A stretch of 64,000 nucleotides of DNA from a virus (Duplodnaviria > Caudoviricetes): IMG/VR virus record IMGVR_UViG_3300031994_004484. One strand, written 5' to 3'. Position 1 is the stretch's first letter, and every line of letters starts with the position of its first letter. Under the pieces are notes generated by a model. The model was given only the letters and a program-made list of their open reading frames with translations, was not told the DNA's origin and did not search any database. The position numbers were made by a program, and so were the translations under genes. This document shows positions 49,647 to 60,414 of this stretch, piece by piece.

Positions 49647-52093
49647 GACAATACAGGTTTGAAACAAGTATGGAGGATATGACATCAAGGGTACCAGGCA
49701 TGTTTGCCTACCTTGAGTTCAATGAGGATTGGACAACAACGTTGCATCCGGCCACGGATTCATATGTAGGGTCTTGGGGTAAGGTTGTTGAGAATATAAC
49801 CCTTCCGTGTGGCACAAGCCTATGTTCTTATGCCCAATTGAATAACGAACCGGAAAATCATATATGGACAGAAGACGAGACTTATTCATATGATTCGGAT
49901 ATGGATATGAATTATTCGGTTTATTCAAGTGAATATGCAAGAAAGGTTGAATATTATTGGTATTCCGAAATTGAATGTGATGACAGCGAAAGTTATGTGG
50001 AATCGGAAGAATTGCCAAAAGACGTGACCGAAGAATCGCCGCAATACATAAAAGTCTTGCAAAAAAACAGCGACGGAGAATATATTGTTGATTGTCAAGG
50101 AAACAAATTAGGATTTTGTTATGAGAAAATAACAGAATATTCTTACTACAAGAAAGAGTGCATGCTTGTTGAAGGGGAGACATACACGTATAAAACGCTT
50201 ACCGATTATTATTACCGTTTCAAAGACAAGTTCGGTGATGATGATTCGTTTATAAGTTTTATGGACCGTGGTTTCGGAAAAATAGATGTTGACAAAAATT
50301 TATTGAACCTTGGCGACAACGAAGAGTACCCAAACGTTCCTGATTATATATACCTGTCAAATATACCGGCTCTGATTGAGAAATACAAAGGTTACAAAAG
50401 AATATGTGAATTTTACGAGTCACATTATATTGTTTTCGGGGAGTTTGACGAAAATCTTGACAGAAAATGCAAGTCGTATAACGCAATGGGCGGCGACAGG
50501 TTTTTGGATTATCTTCTCAGGATGTCCGATAAAGCAAACGCAGTTGCCTCAGAATACCTGTGTTATGCAGAAAACCGCTCCCATGATTTGAATATATCTT
50601 TGAACATACCACTCTTCCAATCAAAAAACGACCTCGGTTATCTTTCGTGTTACATGAATGAATTCGTACCGGGAGAACATTATCAGCACGGGGAATTGCT
50701 TACTTACAACGGAAGGACGTACATATGCCTGCTAAACAGATTTCTTCCTGACGGGAACAATTACCCATATGTTTTGTGCGGGAAAACCCTGTATAAAATG
50801 GTCTTCAATAAATATGAAAAGGTAGATGCCAATGAGTTAACATTGTCGTATCTACCTTCAGCATTGTATAACGGAATGTCATGCGTTCTTTACAACGGGG
50901 AATATTACATATGGAATCAAACCGCATATGAAAAAATAGACGTTACAACATATTGTACCGGTTTTTGGGATGATGATAAGGAACAGAATGAATTTGACAG
51001 GCAACACTTTGTCCTATTGTCTGAATATGTTGCCAATGAGCCCGAATCTTTGGGAATACCATTGAAAGATTTATTGTCTGACTCAGACAAATGGTATTCG
51101 GATGAGAACTTCAATGGTAGCAGCTTCCGTATATACATTGCTTTACCGTACCTTCCACATTCGTACATTTATCCAAATATAAAATGTGGGGAAACGTTTA
51201 TGGTATGGGATGAAGACTTATCAATGTATGTTGTTGATCCGGATTCTTCGTCAAAGTACGCCATAATCGGAACAGCGGACAGTCAACTCAGGAATCTTAG
51301 GGGTTATTCACAATATATGAATGGAAACGATTATATAGAGGACCCGCCTGCAACAGAAGATTGGTTGTATTATTATAAAGTGGGTAATTTCAATGCCAGT
51401 GGAAGCATATTGTGGGATAGTATAGGAAATATAAGACGTTTCACGGATTCAATGATTTCTGTTGGTGATTATGTTAACGATCTTATGGCATATGGAACAG
51501 TCCTTACATCAATATCTTGTGATACTGATGAAAAAACACTTACATTCACATACGTTGTCAATGGGCACTTGAAAGCAAGGCTTGCTGAAGTTGATGTTGA
51601 CAATGACGGAAACGAAATATTCCGATATGACAAGTTTGAGTATGATGACGAAGATAGCCACGGAATTGTCTATACAGAAAAACATCCATATAACGACCCT
51701 GATATAGACGAACTTGTTTCTAATGGCGATTTCAATGCTTTTGTTGAAGGAAGAAAAGAAGATATAGGTAATTATATGAAAAAATACGGTTACAAGAAGT
51801 TTGTATTCTCAACTGAAGCTGTTTTATCATCTGTGAATATCGGAAATTACACCTATGATGTTCCTAGTATTGTTTCCGAATTTTCCGAAACAGTTGAAAA
51901 CGAGCTTGATTACACATATCAGCCATTATTTAAGAAGGATTATTTTGCAGGGTATGCATACGAACCAAACGTGGACGCTTCTATTGACATTCAGAGGGGT
52001 AACGCGGCTTCTTATGAGCGTCACATTCGTTTAAGCGAATCAAAAACGGTTGAAGATATTTCATCTTCAGGTTTCTATGCGTTTTCAGAATAG
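49643..52093 (+). CDS. Putative virion protein
   Basis: 816 aa, Tyr/Asp-rich, C-terminal IQRG...YERH.RL. Confidence 0.75.
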   Translation: MRQYRFETSMEDMTSRVPGMFAYLEFNEDWTTTLHPATDSYVGSWGKVVENITLPCGTSLCSYAQLNNEPENHIWTEDETYSYDSDMDMNYSVYSSEYARKVEYYWYSEIECDDSESYVESEELPKDVTEESPQYIKVLQKNSDGEYIVDCQGNKLGFCYEKITEYSYYKKECMLVEGETYTYKTLTDYYYRFKDKFGDDDSFISFMDRGFGKIDVDKNLLNLGDNEEYPNVPDYIYLSNIPALIEKYKGYKRICEFYESHYIVFGEFDENLDRKCKSYNAMGGDRFLDYLLRMSDKANAVASEYLCYAENRSHDLNISLNIPLFQSKNDLGYLSCYMNEFVPGEHYQHGELLTYNGRTYICLLNRFLPDGNNYPYVLCGKTLYKMVFNKYEKVDANELTLSYLPSALYNGMSCVLYNGEYYIWNQTAYEKIDVTTYCTGFWDDDKEQNEFDRQHFVLLSEYVANEPESLGIPLKDLLSDSDKWYSDENFNGSSFRIYIALPYLPHSYIYPNIKCGETFMVWDEDLSMYVVDPDSSSKYAIIGTADSQLRNLRGYSQYMNGNDYIEDPPATEDWLYYYKVGNFNASGSILWDSIGNIRRFTDSMISVGDYVNDLMAYGTVLTSISCDTDEKTLTFTYVVNGHLKARLAEVDVDNDGNEIFRYDKFEYDDEDSHGIVYTEKHPYNDPDIDELVSNGDFNAFVEGRKEDIGNYMKKYGYKKFVFSTEAVLSSVNIGNYTYDVPSIVSEFSETVENELDYTYQPLFKKDYFAGYAYEPNVDASIDIQRGNAASYERHIRLSESKTVEDISSSGFYAFSE

Positions 52094-52170
52094 CCACTTC
52101 TTGCTTCGGAAACCTGAAAAACATATATTTATCTATTAACTGCTAAATATATTTTTAATTTTGGGAACTG

Positions 52171-53085
52171 ATGGCAAATAATACATATGGAATAGTGAGA
52201 CCCGCGTTGGTTGACTCTTCTGATGTCGAGATTTTCTACTGTTACAGACCGACAAGAAACAGTGAGGACGGGAGTTTCAGGAAATGGAGGAAATTGGAAG
52301 ACGTGAATACCGTTTTCTCAAACGGGGAAATGGAAATTCCCGACGGTTCAGACACACGTTTACCCGGTATGTACAATTTAAATCTTCCTGTTTCAATCTT
52401 TGGACGGAAGGGTTATTACACGTTATATATACGCCCGAAGGAATTCACATGTACTATAAAGGATGTGGGTTCTCTTGTGACATATCCTGAAATAAAGGGT
52501 ATTGTTGTTGATTTGAATGAAATATCGGAAAACAGAAGCCTTTTTGCTAACGATAATTTGGTTGGATACAGAATCGAATATTACAGCTTTCAGGAGGATG
52601 GGTTGAAACGTCAGCAATATTACAGATTGGTTACAAGCAACGGATTATGCGAACCGGTTTCACAGAACATTACCACAGCGAACACTTCATCCAACGGATA
52701 TAGGTTTAACACGGGAGGTACATTGTCTTTCATAACAGTAACACCTTCGACAAGTCCGTCTTTCAAACCAAACGCAACTCCTTACATAGGTGTTCCTAAT
52801 CAAAAGATTTCCATTATCAACACGAAATTCGACCCTGTGGCCATAGAGATTGATATGGTTGACAACGATTTCGACACGTTGAGTTACGGTATATACGGTG
52901 AAACCGTCAGGAATCTTGACAACGGAAGAGTGACTATATACAATGTTGATTCCGAACCGTTCAAACAGTTCGAATTCTCCACAATAAAAGACAACTACAC
53001 AAACAGAAGCATAGCCGAGCTCAAACAGGATGTGAGCGATAATTTGGATATGAGTTTGGATATAAACGAATTAAAAAACAGTTAA
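52171..53085 (+). CDS. Putative virion protein
   Basis: 304 aa with TATTTAT upstream (52126). Confidence 0.75.
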   Translation: MANNTYGIVRPALVDSSDVEIFYCYRPTRNSEDGSFRKWRKLEDVNTVFSNGEMEIPDGSDTRLPGMYNLNLPVSIFGRKGYYTLYIRPKEFTCTIKDVGSLVTYPEIKGIVVDLNEISENRSLFANDNLVGYRIEYYSFQEDGLKRQQYYRLVTSNGLCEPVSQNITTANTSSNGYRFNTGGTLSFITVTPSTSPSFKPNATPYIGVPNQKISIINTKFDPVAIEIDMVDNDFDTLSYGIYGETVRNLDNGRVTIYNVDSEPFKQFEFSTIKDNYTNRSIAELKQDVSDNLDMSLDINELKNS

Positions 53086-53091
53086 TATCCT

Positions 53092-56000
53092 ATGGGCCGG
53101 TACAGCAAGTCATATAGTAATTTCATTCTAAGGAAAAAACATCAGAATGTAAACGAAGGTTTTTTGTTCGAACGCGATTGGGTGACAATCGGAAACGTGC
53201 ATCGTTTGGAACCGGGTAAAAAACCCTATTTTGGTGATGCCGGTTTTATTTTCACCGACAACAGTATTCCGTTTTTCAAAAAGAAACATGATTATGGGAA
53301 ATGGGTGGCACACTTTGTCTACGACGATGTTAAGGATGCAAGCAATCAAATCAACGAGGTCATCCTTAATATGGATAGCGACGATTTGCGTTCGTATGCA
53401 TATTACGGTTCAATGTCGGATTTAGTGAGAACATGTATTGAGGATATTGTAGCATACTTTCCCGGTTTATTGAGATTGAAGGACACCACTCTACAGATAA
53501 GTGATATAGACGGTTCGTTGGTTGACACGGGTTTTTATGAGATTGAGAACAACTTTGCTTTGGATTTACATACAGCGACTTCTTCACTTGTTGATTTTGA
53601 TAATATACTGAAATACTTAACCGCAAGCTATAACAGTTATGAGGTGACGTCATTCGACCCCAATGAAAATGTGACCGTTTCTTCTCCTGTTGTCAGTTAT
53701 GAAGTGATTAGTCTTATAGAAGAGATATTGAAAACCACAAAATATCATGACGAAGGCTATGATTTTCTCTATTATAAAGGAGTCTTGTATAAATGGAATA
53801 ATCCCGCACAAGAATTTGAGGAGGTCAAATACTCGAATGATTGTACAAATTATTTTGTTAAGTGTGACGAATATATCAGATACGGAGACGAATATTACGA
53901 ATGGAGCGACGAATACGGTCACTATGTTCCGCTGACGAATGTTTATGAATTATGCGATGATGACAATCAGAACCTGTTTAAGATAACGATAGGAACAGAG
54001 GATGAAAATCATTACACAATACGAATGTATGTTGTTAACGGTGCAGAGGTATATTGTTTTGACGATGCACAGTCAACTGCCTCGTTTTTAACAATCCAAC
54101 CGAACAAGAACGTCATAGAAAATTATTTCAAATCTCTTACCGGTTTTGAAAGAAAACTTTTAACGAGGAAAAGCAAACCACTGTACACAAACACCTTTAA
54201 AGTTCCATACAAACTTCCGAGTGAGGCATATGCAATGGTTGATAGAATTTTCACATGGCCTTCGTTGGGTTATTGTATAGATGTTGTATCACCTTCATTT
54301 GTTTCATTTGTTAATTCACTAATGGATGCAGGGGAACTTTATGATGAACTGTATTCGGATTGTATATGGAGATGCATGACCCACGAGTCTATAAAGAATT
54401 TCGATTGGACATACAGGAGGGTATATAGTAACACTGACGAACAGGATAACATAGACGGCGGAAACCGGATGATGGAATTCCTTCATTTTTATGGAAGGGT
54501 ATATGATGAAGCAAAAATGTATATAGAAGGCATAAAGTCAACAAACAATGTTTCGTATGACGGAATGCTTAATGTTCCAGACGCTGAACTTTCTGACAAA
54601 AATACCGTTCACGGATGGGACGTTGTTTCAACAGTATGGGAACCTTACTATTACACCGAAATAGAGCTTGAAGATATTCCGGATGATGTTGAGGTTATTC
54701 CATTCCCATATTTGCCCGTTGATGCGAATAGCGAAAGTCCTGAATATATTTCAGTTAGATGTTATGAAGAAGATGATGACATTCTCTATTATCACCGTGA
54801 GTATAATGATCCTTCATTATTGTTCCTTACCGACGAATTTCTTAACAATGAGGATTATATAATAGGGAAGTACGATTCATGGATAACGCACAATCATAAT
54901 ATGGGTTATTGGAATATAGGTTGTGAGATACCTGAAGACGCAGAAGATCCCCCTGTCCCAATGGCTTCGGTTCCGCCTACAGCGACAGAGAACGATCCTG
55001 AGTACATAGAGGTTGACGGTTCGTATTACAGGAAAGGTTATCTTGTATACAATGAATTGTCAGGTGACCCTATGTATGGTCTAACCGCATATTGGAATGA
55101 GTCGAATACTCTTGATGCACTTCCGCAACTAATAACCAGTTATAGCCCGCAATATATCAGGCTATACAAAAACGGTTTTTACAGATATTACACCCTTTCA
55201 GACAACGGATTTAACAATAAGTTCTATACACACAGCCTTTGGTTTGATGCAAGAAATACAAACGCAACAACACCTGTAACAACCGATATAGAATTCCAAA
55301 GAAGACTATTTCTTTCAAACAATAGGATATTCAAGACAAAGGGAACAAGGGCCGCTATAGATATGGTCATGGGTATGTTTGGTTTAGGTAGTGATGGTGA
55401 AACTCCGGATTATACGATAACAGAACATTACAGGATAACACATCCGAAGAAAGGTGACGATATATTCTATTTTTACGAAGAAGTGTTATCAACACCACAA
55501 ACAGCGGTCTTAGTCCCGTCACTTGAAGAAGCTATTGCTGATATAGGGGAAGATTCTCCAAACTACATAAGGGTTGTAAACAACGGAGTAACACATTTAT
55601 ACCAAAAAAACAGTGAGTATACCTATGACGAAATGATTGTTGAATTGTCAAGACACAAACTGTCAGAAAGATTATACAATGATGAATATTCAGGAGTCCC
55701 TTTGAATAGTACAATTATAGGTAATGACAAGTACATAATACCATACCAAACAAACAGGAAGGTTTATGACGGATACTTGTATTACCAACAAAAAGGTGGG
55801 TGGGGAAAATGGTCTGACGACATGTCATTCACATATGACTATTCTGAAACAATACCATATCTTCATATGATGCCGAACATAGGCTCGCTTTTATCTGTTG
55901 TATCATTGGATTTGAGAAAGGACGATGTATATTATGTCTTTGATATAACAGATTATGTTGATTACGATGAGGATGTTCCGTATGATATGTCACATTTTTT

Positions 56001-57384
56001 TAAAATATCAGACATATACAATCCACAGTTCTTGGGTTCTTGGAAAAACATCCCTATGGAAGGAAGCATAGAATATGACACCGGTTATGACGAGAACGGA
56101 GTTACACATGACGACTATCTTCATGCAAAATACCTCAATTCCATAATACCGACAATATTATACAATAACCCGCACACAGGTAACGGTGAATATGACGGAG
56201 GCGAGAATTTCTTCTTATACATGCAACAACCGTACAAGTATGAGTTCGAAACTTATAATTTTGACGACGAGAAATATGTGGAAATCTCAAAGCAACTTTC
56301 ATTTTCGCTTGAAAGGATATCCTCGTTGGAATACGCTGATAAAGTTTACAATAATTTGGACACATATCATTATGAGATAGAAAATGATGTACTTGTCAGA
56401 AAAGACGAACCGGCGGAAACCGAAGACTATTACCTTAATGACAAATTCATCATATTAAGGAATGAGAATAACAACATTTTCCATAACAAATTTATGAAGG
56501 ATGTTGTTTTGAAATACGTCTTGCAGGTAATACCGTCAACAACAATATTGGTTTTGGAAAATTTCAACACAATACCGGATTCTGAAGTGATAAAACACCA
56601 TATACGCACTGTTCCGTGGATGGCTGATTACGGAACAACAAGTGGTGATGGAGATTATGTTGAAACAACATATGCCACAATCAGGGCAACCGAAAAAGAG
56701 GGATATCACTTTGTGGAGTGGATTAAGGAAGAAGGACAAGGAACAGTGTCAACAGACCCAGTGACAAGAGTTAGAGTCTGTGGCCCTCAGGCATATATTG
56801 CCGTTTTCCAAAAGGATTGCACAATAGAAGCATCATGCGAGACAGTGTGCAACATGTCAATATCATGTGAATCGGAAGAACCTTGTTCGGTTACATTGCT
56901 TTGTGAAACCGATGAACAGAAATGTGACATTTCAATAGACAATTGTGAAACCGTTCCTTCTCAAGACATGGCTGTTGTTGAGTTCAGGTTGAAGGTGAAC
57001 GGAGCTTCAAGTGCTGAAGAAGCAGCCGAAGTTTTGCATGACGTATGCATCTTTGACAATACGTGTGATGGTTATGATATGGCAATGAGCAATTCAAACC
57101 ATCAAATTTTGTTTGACCCGTCAACAAAGGAATGTGCTGTTACACTGTTCCCAACAACAGAGGACAATATATTAATTTCTTCACCTTATCTTACAGTGCC
57201 AAGAAAGAAAAGTTATAATGTCGGAGAGATAGTTTCGTTCTGTTGGGCAACTGTAAACAACACTAATTTCAGTGGATGGTCTGTTGAGAGTCAGGGCACA
57301 ACACAAACATACTCTTCAGGCTCCATAACAGTTAATATGCAGACCGGCACGACAAAAATAACAGCCATATTCAACAAAATGTAA
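53092..57384 (+). CDS. Baseplate wedge-like protein (gp7/tail protein I-like motif) with C-terminal InlB-B-like repeats
   Basis: IFKTKGTRAAID..MG.FG motif; C-terminal G.TSG.G.Y...ATI.A...EGY.F..W; Cys repeats. Confidence 0.7.
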   Translation: MGRYSKSYSNFILRKKHQNVNEGFLFERDWVTIGNVHRLEPGKKPYFGDAGFIFTDNSIPFFKKKHDYGKWVAHFVYDDVKDASNQINEVILNMDSDDLRSYAYYGSMSDLVRTCIEDIVAYFPGLLRLKDTTLQISDIDGSLVDTGFYEIENNFALDLHTATSSLVDFDNILKYLTASYNSYEVTSFDPNENVTVSSPVVSYEVISLIEEILKTTKYHDEGYDFLYYKGVLYKWNNPAQEFEEVKYSNDCTNYFVKCDEYIRYGDEYYEWSDEYGHYVPLTNVYELCDDDNQNLFKITIGTEDENHYTIRMYVVNGAEVYCFDDAQSTASFLTIQPNKNVIENYFKSLTGFERKLLTRKSKPLYTNTFKVPYKLPSEAYAMVDRIFTWPSLGYCIDVVSPSFVSFVNSLMDAGELYDELYSDCIWRCMTHESIKNFDWTYRRVYSNTDEQDNIDGGNRMMEFLHFYGRVYDEAKMYIEGIKSTNNVSYDGMLNVPDAELSDKNTVHGWDVVSTVWEPYYYTEIELEDIPDDVEVIPFPYLPVDANSESPEYISVRCYEEDDDILYYHREYNDPSLLFLTDEFLNNEDYIIGKYDSWITHNHNMGYWNIGCEIPEDAEDPPVPMASVPPTATENDPEYIEVDGSYYRKGYLVYNELSGDPMYGLTAYWNESNTLDALPQLITSYSPQYIRLYKNGFYRYYTLSDNGFNNKFYTHSLWFDARNTNATTPVTTDIEFQRRLFLSNNRIFKTKGTRAAIDMVMGMFGLGSDGETPDYTITEHYRITHPKKGDDIFYFYEEVLSTPQTAVLVPSLEEAIADIGEDSPNYIRVVNNGVTHLYQKNSEYTYDEMIVELSRHKLSERLYNDEYSGVPLNSTIIGNDKYIIPYQTNRKVYDGYLYYQQKGGWGKWSDDMSFTYDYSETIPYLHMMPNIGSLLSVVSLDLRKDDVYYVFDITDYVDYDEDVPYDMSHFFKISDIYNPQFLGSWKNIPMEGSIEYDTGYDENGVTHDDYLHAKYLNSIIPTILYNNPHTGNGEYDGGENFFLYMQQPYKYEFETYNFDDEKYVEISKQLSFSLERISSLEYADKVYNNLDTYHYEIENDVLVRKDEPAETEDYYLNDKFIILRNENNNIFHNKFMKDVVLKYVLQVIPSTTILVLENFNTIPDSEVIKHHIRTVPWMADYGTTSGDGDYVETTYATIRATEKEGYHFVEWIKEEGQGTVSTDPVTRVRVCGPQAYIAVFQKDCTIEASCETVCNMSISCESEEPCSVTLLCETDEQKCDISIDNCETVPSQDMAVVEFRLKVNGASSAEEAAEVLHDVCIFDNTCDGYDMAMSNSNHQILFDPSTKECAVTLFPTTEDNILISSPYLTVPRKKSYNVGEIVSFCWATVNNTNFSGWSVESQGTTQTYSSGSITVNMQTGTTKITAIFNKM

Positions 57385-57386
57385 AG

Positions 57387-60300
57387 ATGTCTAATTGTAT
57401 AGATAAATTGATTTGTGACAATTCAACTGGTTGTGATATCATAATAACCGACATCAATGGTAATCCAATTGATGCACGGTATCTCAACAGTGGTGACAAT
57501 ATATACATCTCCTTTACAAGGAGGGAAGGGTATATTTTCCATGGTTTTACATTTCAGCCGTATGAAGGGGAAGCAATTCCCGTTGAGGCCGTTGAAATGT
57601 CTGATGGGAGATATAGGACAACGGCACGATGTGACGGGACATATATAGCCAATTTTGAGGTTGAAACATACAATGTTTATGTCAATCCAAGGCCTGATGA
57701 CGGTTATCATGGAAAAACATATGGCACCGGTGTTTATGAATACGGTACATTGATAACAATATCTGCTGAGGAATACGCAGGATATCATTTTGTCGGTTGG
57801 TATATAAACAACCAACAGATATCTGACGAAAGCCAATATGAATATCTTGTCAAGGGTGAAGTTTACATTATAGGAAAATTCGATGCCGACAACTATAGTA
57901 TAGTAGCAAAACCGAATGACAGGACTTTGGGTCAAACAACAGGTTCGGGTATATATGGGTACAATTCAACAGCAACAATTGAAGCAATACCTTTTGAGGG
58001 TTCCCATTTCATAGAATGGGATAATGGATGGACCGATGCGCAAAAAGAGACGCTTGTTGTTCAAAACGCTATATATGTTGCCAAGTTTGCCAAATACAGA
58101 TGTTCGGTAAAAGTTAATGTGGTTTGTGATACGGGCACAAATTCAATAGAAGTTGTTACGGGTGATGAAACAGAATATGAAGAGACTGAAATCAACAATT
58201 TGCCAAAATCATCAGCGCAAGAAGTTGAGGTGAACGAAGAGCCAAAAGCACAACAGGCTCCGATACCGGTTCCAACTGTAAAATGTGGCATAATACTTGG
58301 TGAAGGCAGTTATGAATATGGGAGCACCGTGACCCTTACAGCATTTCCCGAAGAAGGTTATGTGTTCACTTCTTGGGATGACGGAATAAGCGAGCCAATA
58401 ACTGATTCCAACTATTCTTTCACAATAACCGAAGACATTGTTCTTACCGCTGTTTTCAGCACAAGAATGTGCAACCTAAAACTAAATGTTTCCCCAAAAA
58501 ATTCGGGCTTTATAAGCCTATCTGCTTCAAACGGAACATTCAACGGAGGATTGTTCCCATATGGCACTAAAATTCATGTTGAAGCCGTTCCGATTGGGAT
58601 TAATAAGTTTGAAAATTGGTCTGATGGTGATTTGTCAGCAAGCAAAACATTTGTAATGACAAATGATATAACTTCGGCGGCGTTTTTCGTAAAGAAAACA
58701 CCTAAGTACAAGCTAAAGATTAATTTTGACAGTATGGGTGGTTATGCCAAAATACTCAAAGGTATGACAGATGTAACCATGGCTTATAAGAATTATGTTT
58801 TTGCTAACGTTGAGGAAGGCACCGTTCTTACTGTGCAGGTAATAGCCAAAAGCAAACACAGAATTTCAGGGTGGGATGACGATATGGAAGAAACATCACC
58901 AATAAGGACTTTTGGAATGTGGGGCGATATCGAAAGAAGTGTTTATTTTGAGGAAATAATAACGCATGAGATATGTTTGAATGGTTCTGAATTATTTGAT
59001 TTCGAAAATGGAAACATACTTGTTACGTACGGCAATCAAAGTATAACCCTCACCAACAAATACCAAACTTCGTTTTTCGATGTTCCTGAAGGGGAGGAAT
59101 TGAGACTCGAATACATTCCAACAAACGAGGAATACGAGAAGATGTCGTGGTCAGACATCCAAATGGGAGATATGGAATATGAGATTGAGGGTAATGTAAT
59201 GATAGTGCGTGTGACAGAAGACGGCTCAGTAACACCGGCAACAATCCAAAACAGGGCAAAGATAGCGGTAAGAAACAACCCTTCGGATGTATTGAACGGA
59301 AAAATAGAATTTACTATAACACAGGACAACGGAGAAACCGAAACAATAACCCCGAGAGACGATACAAGGACAAGCCAATTGCTTGAAATCGAAGCAGAAA
59401 ATAACGGATATACAGTTTCAGTGACAACGCCTGAAATACCTGGGTACCATTTCAAGGGGATATTCAGTACAAACGGAAGCAATTCAAACGGTTCTGATGA
59501 AATACAGGGAGAATTGAATGGCAACACAACATATACATGCGTATATGATGAAGACGGTTGTTCGGCTTCGCTTGTTTTTGACATACAGGATTGTGCAACC
59601 GCGTCAGTTTCAGGCACAACAACAAAAGTTGATTCGTCTGTAGCAATAGCCCCGAAATCACAAATGTCTGTTGTTGGTGACACGGGATATTTTGTCACTG
59701 ATGTAATAGACAGACAGTCAGGAAATTCTGTTGGTGAAGGCGATTTTTATTATATTCCATACCCATTTACCGATAGCAACGGAATAGCGAGATATTACCG
59801 TAGCATTGATTTATCAAGAATACCGGAAGGTTCTACTATAGAAACCATATATGATGCAAAATATGTTTTAGGTCCAAACAGCCCGCAATACGTTAGATTG
59901 GTAAACCCGGGTTTGAAAGCAAGGTATGCGCAACTAAAATCAGTTAATGTTTCATTGCCCTCCATATATGACGCAACAAGAAACGACCTTTCCCAAAGCC
60001 AATTTTATGAAACTGTTTTATACGATGGCGGAAACATATGGGAAATACTTATAAATCCAACAAAGACAAGCCCGAATTTCATAATGGACAAGACGACGGG
60101 TTCTGCATTTGCGAAAATAAACAAAACCCTGTCATATACAGTGAATTGTGGTGAAGAATATCAGGTTTGTATAACGCAGACAAATTACACATATCCTGAT
60201 TTTGTGTGGTATCCCATATTCGCCATACCACCATATGTGCAAGAATACTCAATTTTGAGAGACAACCGTAATTATCTTAATATGGTGTATTTCACATACA

Positions 60301-60410
60301 ACAACCCGCCCGATGTTGCATCCGGAAACGGGTATCAATATGCACAGGCGGTAATAAACATGCAAAACGTAAGCCTTAAAATTATAAACATAAGAAATAA
60401 CGCACGATAA
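57387..60410 (+). CDS. InlB-B-repeat (Listeria-Bacteroides repeat-like) tail fibre/adhesin
   Basis: Several G.G.YEYG..TI.A.P..GY.F..W repeats. Confidence 0.75.
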   Translation: MSNCIDKLICDNSTGCDIIITDINGNPIDARYLNSGDNIYISFTRREGYIFHGFTFQPYEGEAIPVEAVEMSDGRYRTTARCDGTYIANFEVETYNVYVNPRPDDGYHGKTYGTGVYEYGTLITISAEEYAGYHFVGWYINNQQISDESQYEYLVKGEVYIIGKFDADNYSIVAKPNDRTLGQTTGSGIYGYNSTATIEAIPFEGSHFIEWDNGWTDAQKETLVVQNAIYVAKFAKYRCSVKVNVVCDTGTNSIEVVTGDETEYEETEINNLPKSSAQEVEVNEEPKAQQAPIPVPTVKCGIILGEGSYEYGSTVTLTAFPEEGYVFTSWDDGISEPITDSNYSFTITEDIVLTAVFSTRMCNLKLNVSPKNSGFISLSASNGTFNGGLFPYGTKIHVEAVPIGINKFENWSDGDLSASKTFVMTNDITSAAFFVKKTPKYKLKINFDSMGGYAKILKGMTDVTMAYKNYVFANVEEGTVLTVQVIAKSKHRISGWDDDMEETSPIRTFGMWGDIERSVYFEEIITHEICLNGSELFDFENGNILVTYGNQSITLTNKYQTSFFDVPEGEELRLEYIPTNEEYEKMSWSDIQMGDMEYEIEGNVMIVRVTEDGSVTPATIQNRAKIAVRNNPSDVLNGKIEFTITQDNGETETITPRDDTRTSQLLEIEAENNGYTVSVTTPEIPGYHFKGIFSTNGSNSNGSDEIQGELNGNTTYTCVYDEDGCSASLVFDIQDCATASVSGTTTKVDSSVAIAPKSQMSVVGDTGYFVTDVIDRQSGNSVGEGDFYYIPYPFTDSNGIARYYRSIDLSRIPEGSTIETIYDAKYVLGPNSPQYVRLVNPGLKARYAQLKSVNVSLPSIYDATRNDLSQSQFYETVLYDGGNIWEILINPTKTSPNFIMDKTTGSAFAKINKTLSYTVNCGEEYQVCITQTNYTYPDFVWYPIFAIPPYVQEYSILRDNRNYLNMVYFTYNNPPDVASGNGYQYAQAVINMQNVSLKIINIRNNAR

Positions 60411-60414
60411 TACA

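Noticed and set aside
59036-59698. Long antisense ORFs (also 5278..5772, 11974..12513, 16018..16608, 27038..27571, 57423..57935)
   Set aside because: They shadow strong + strand genes and have no motifs or upstream signals.
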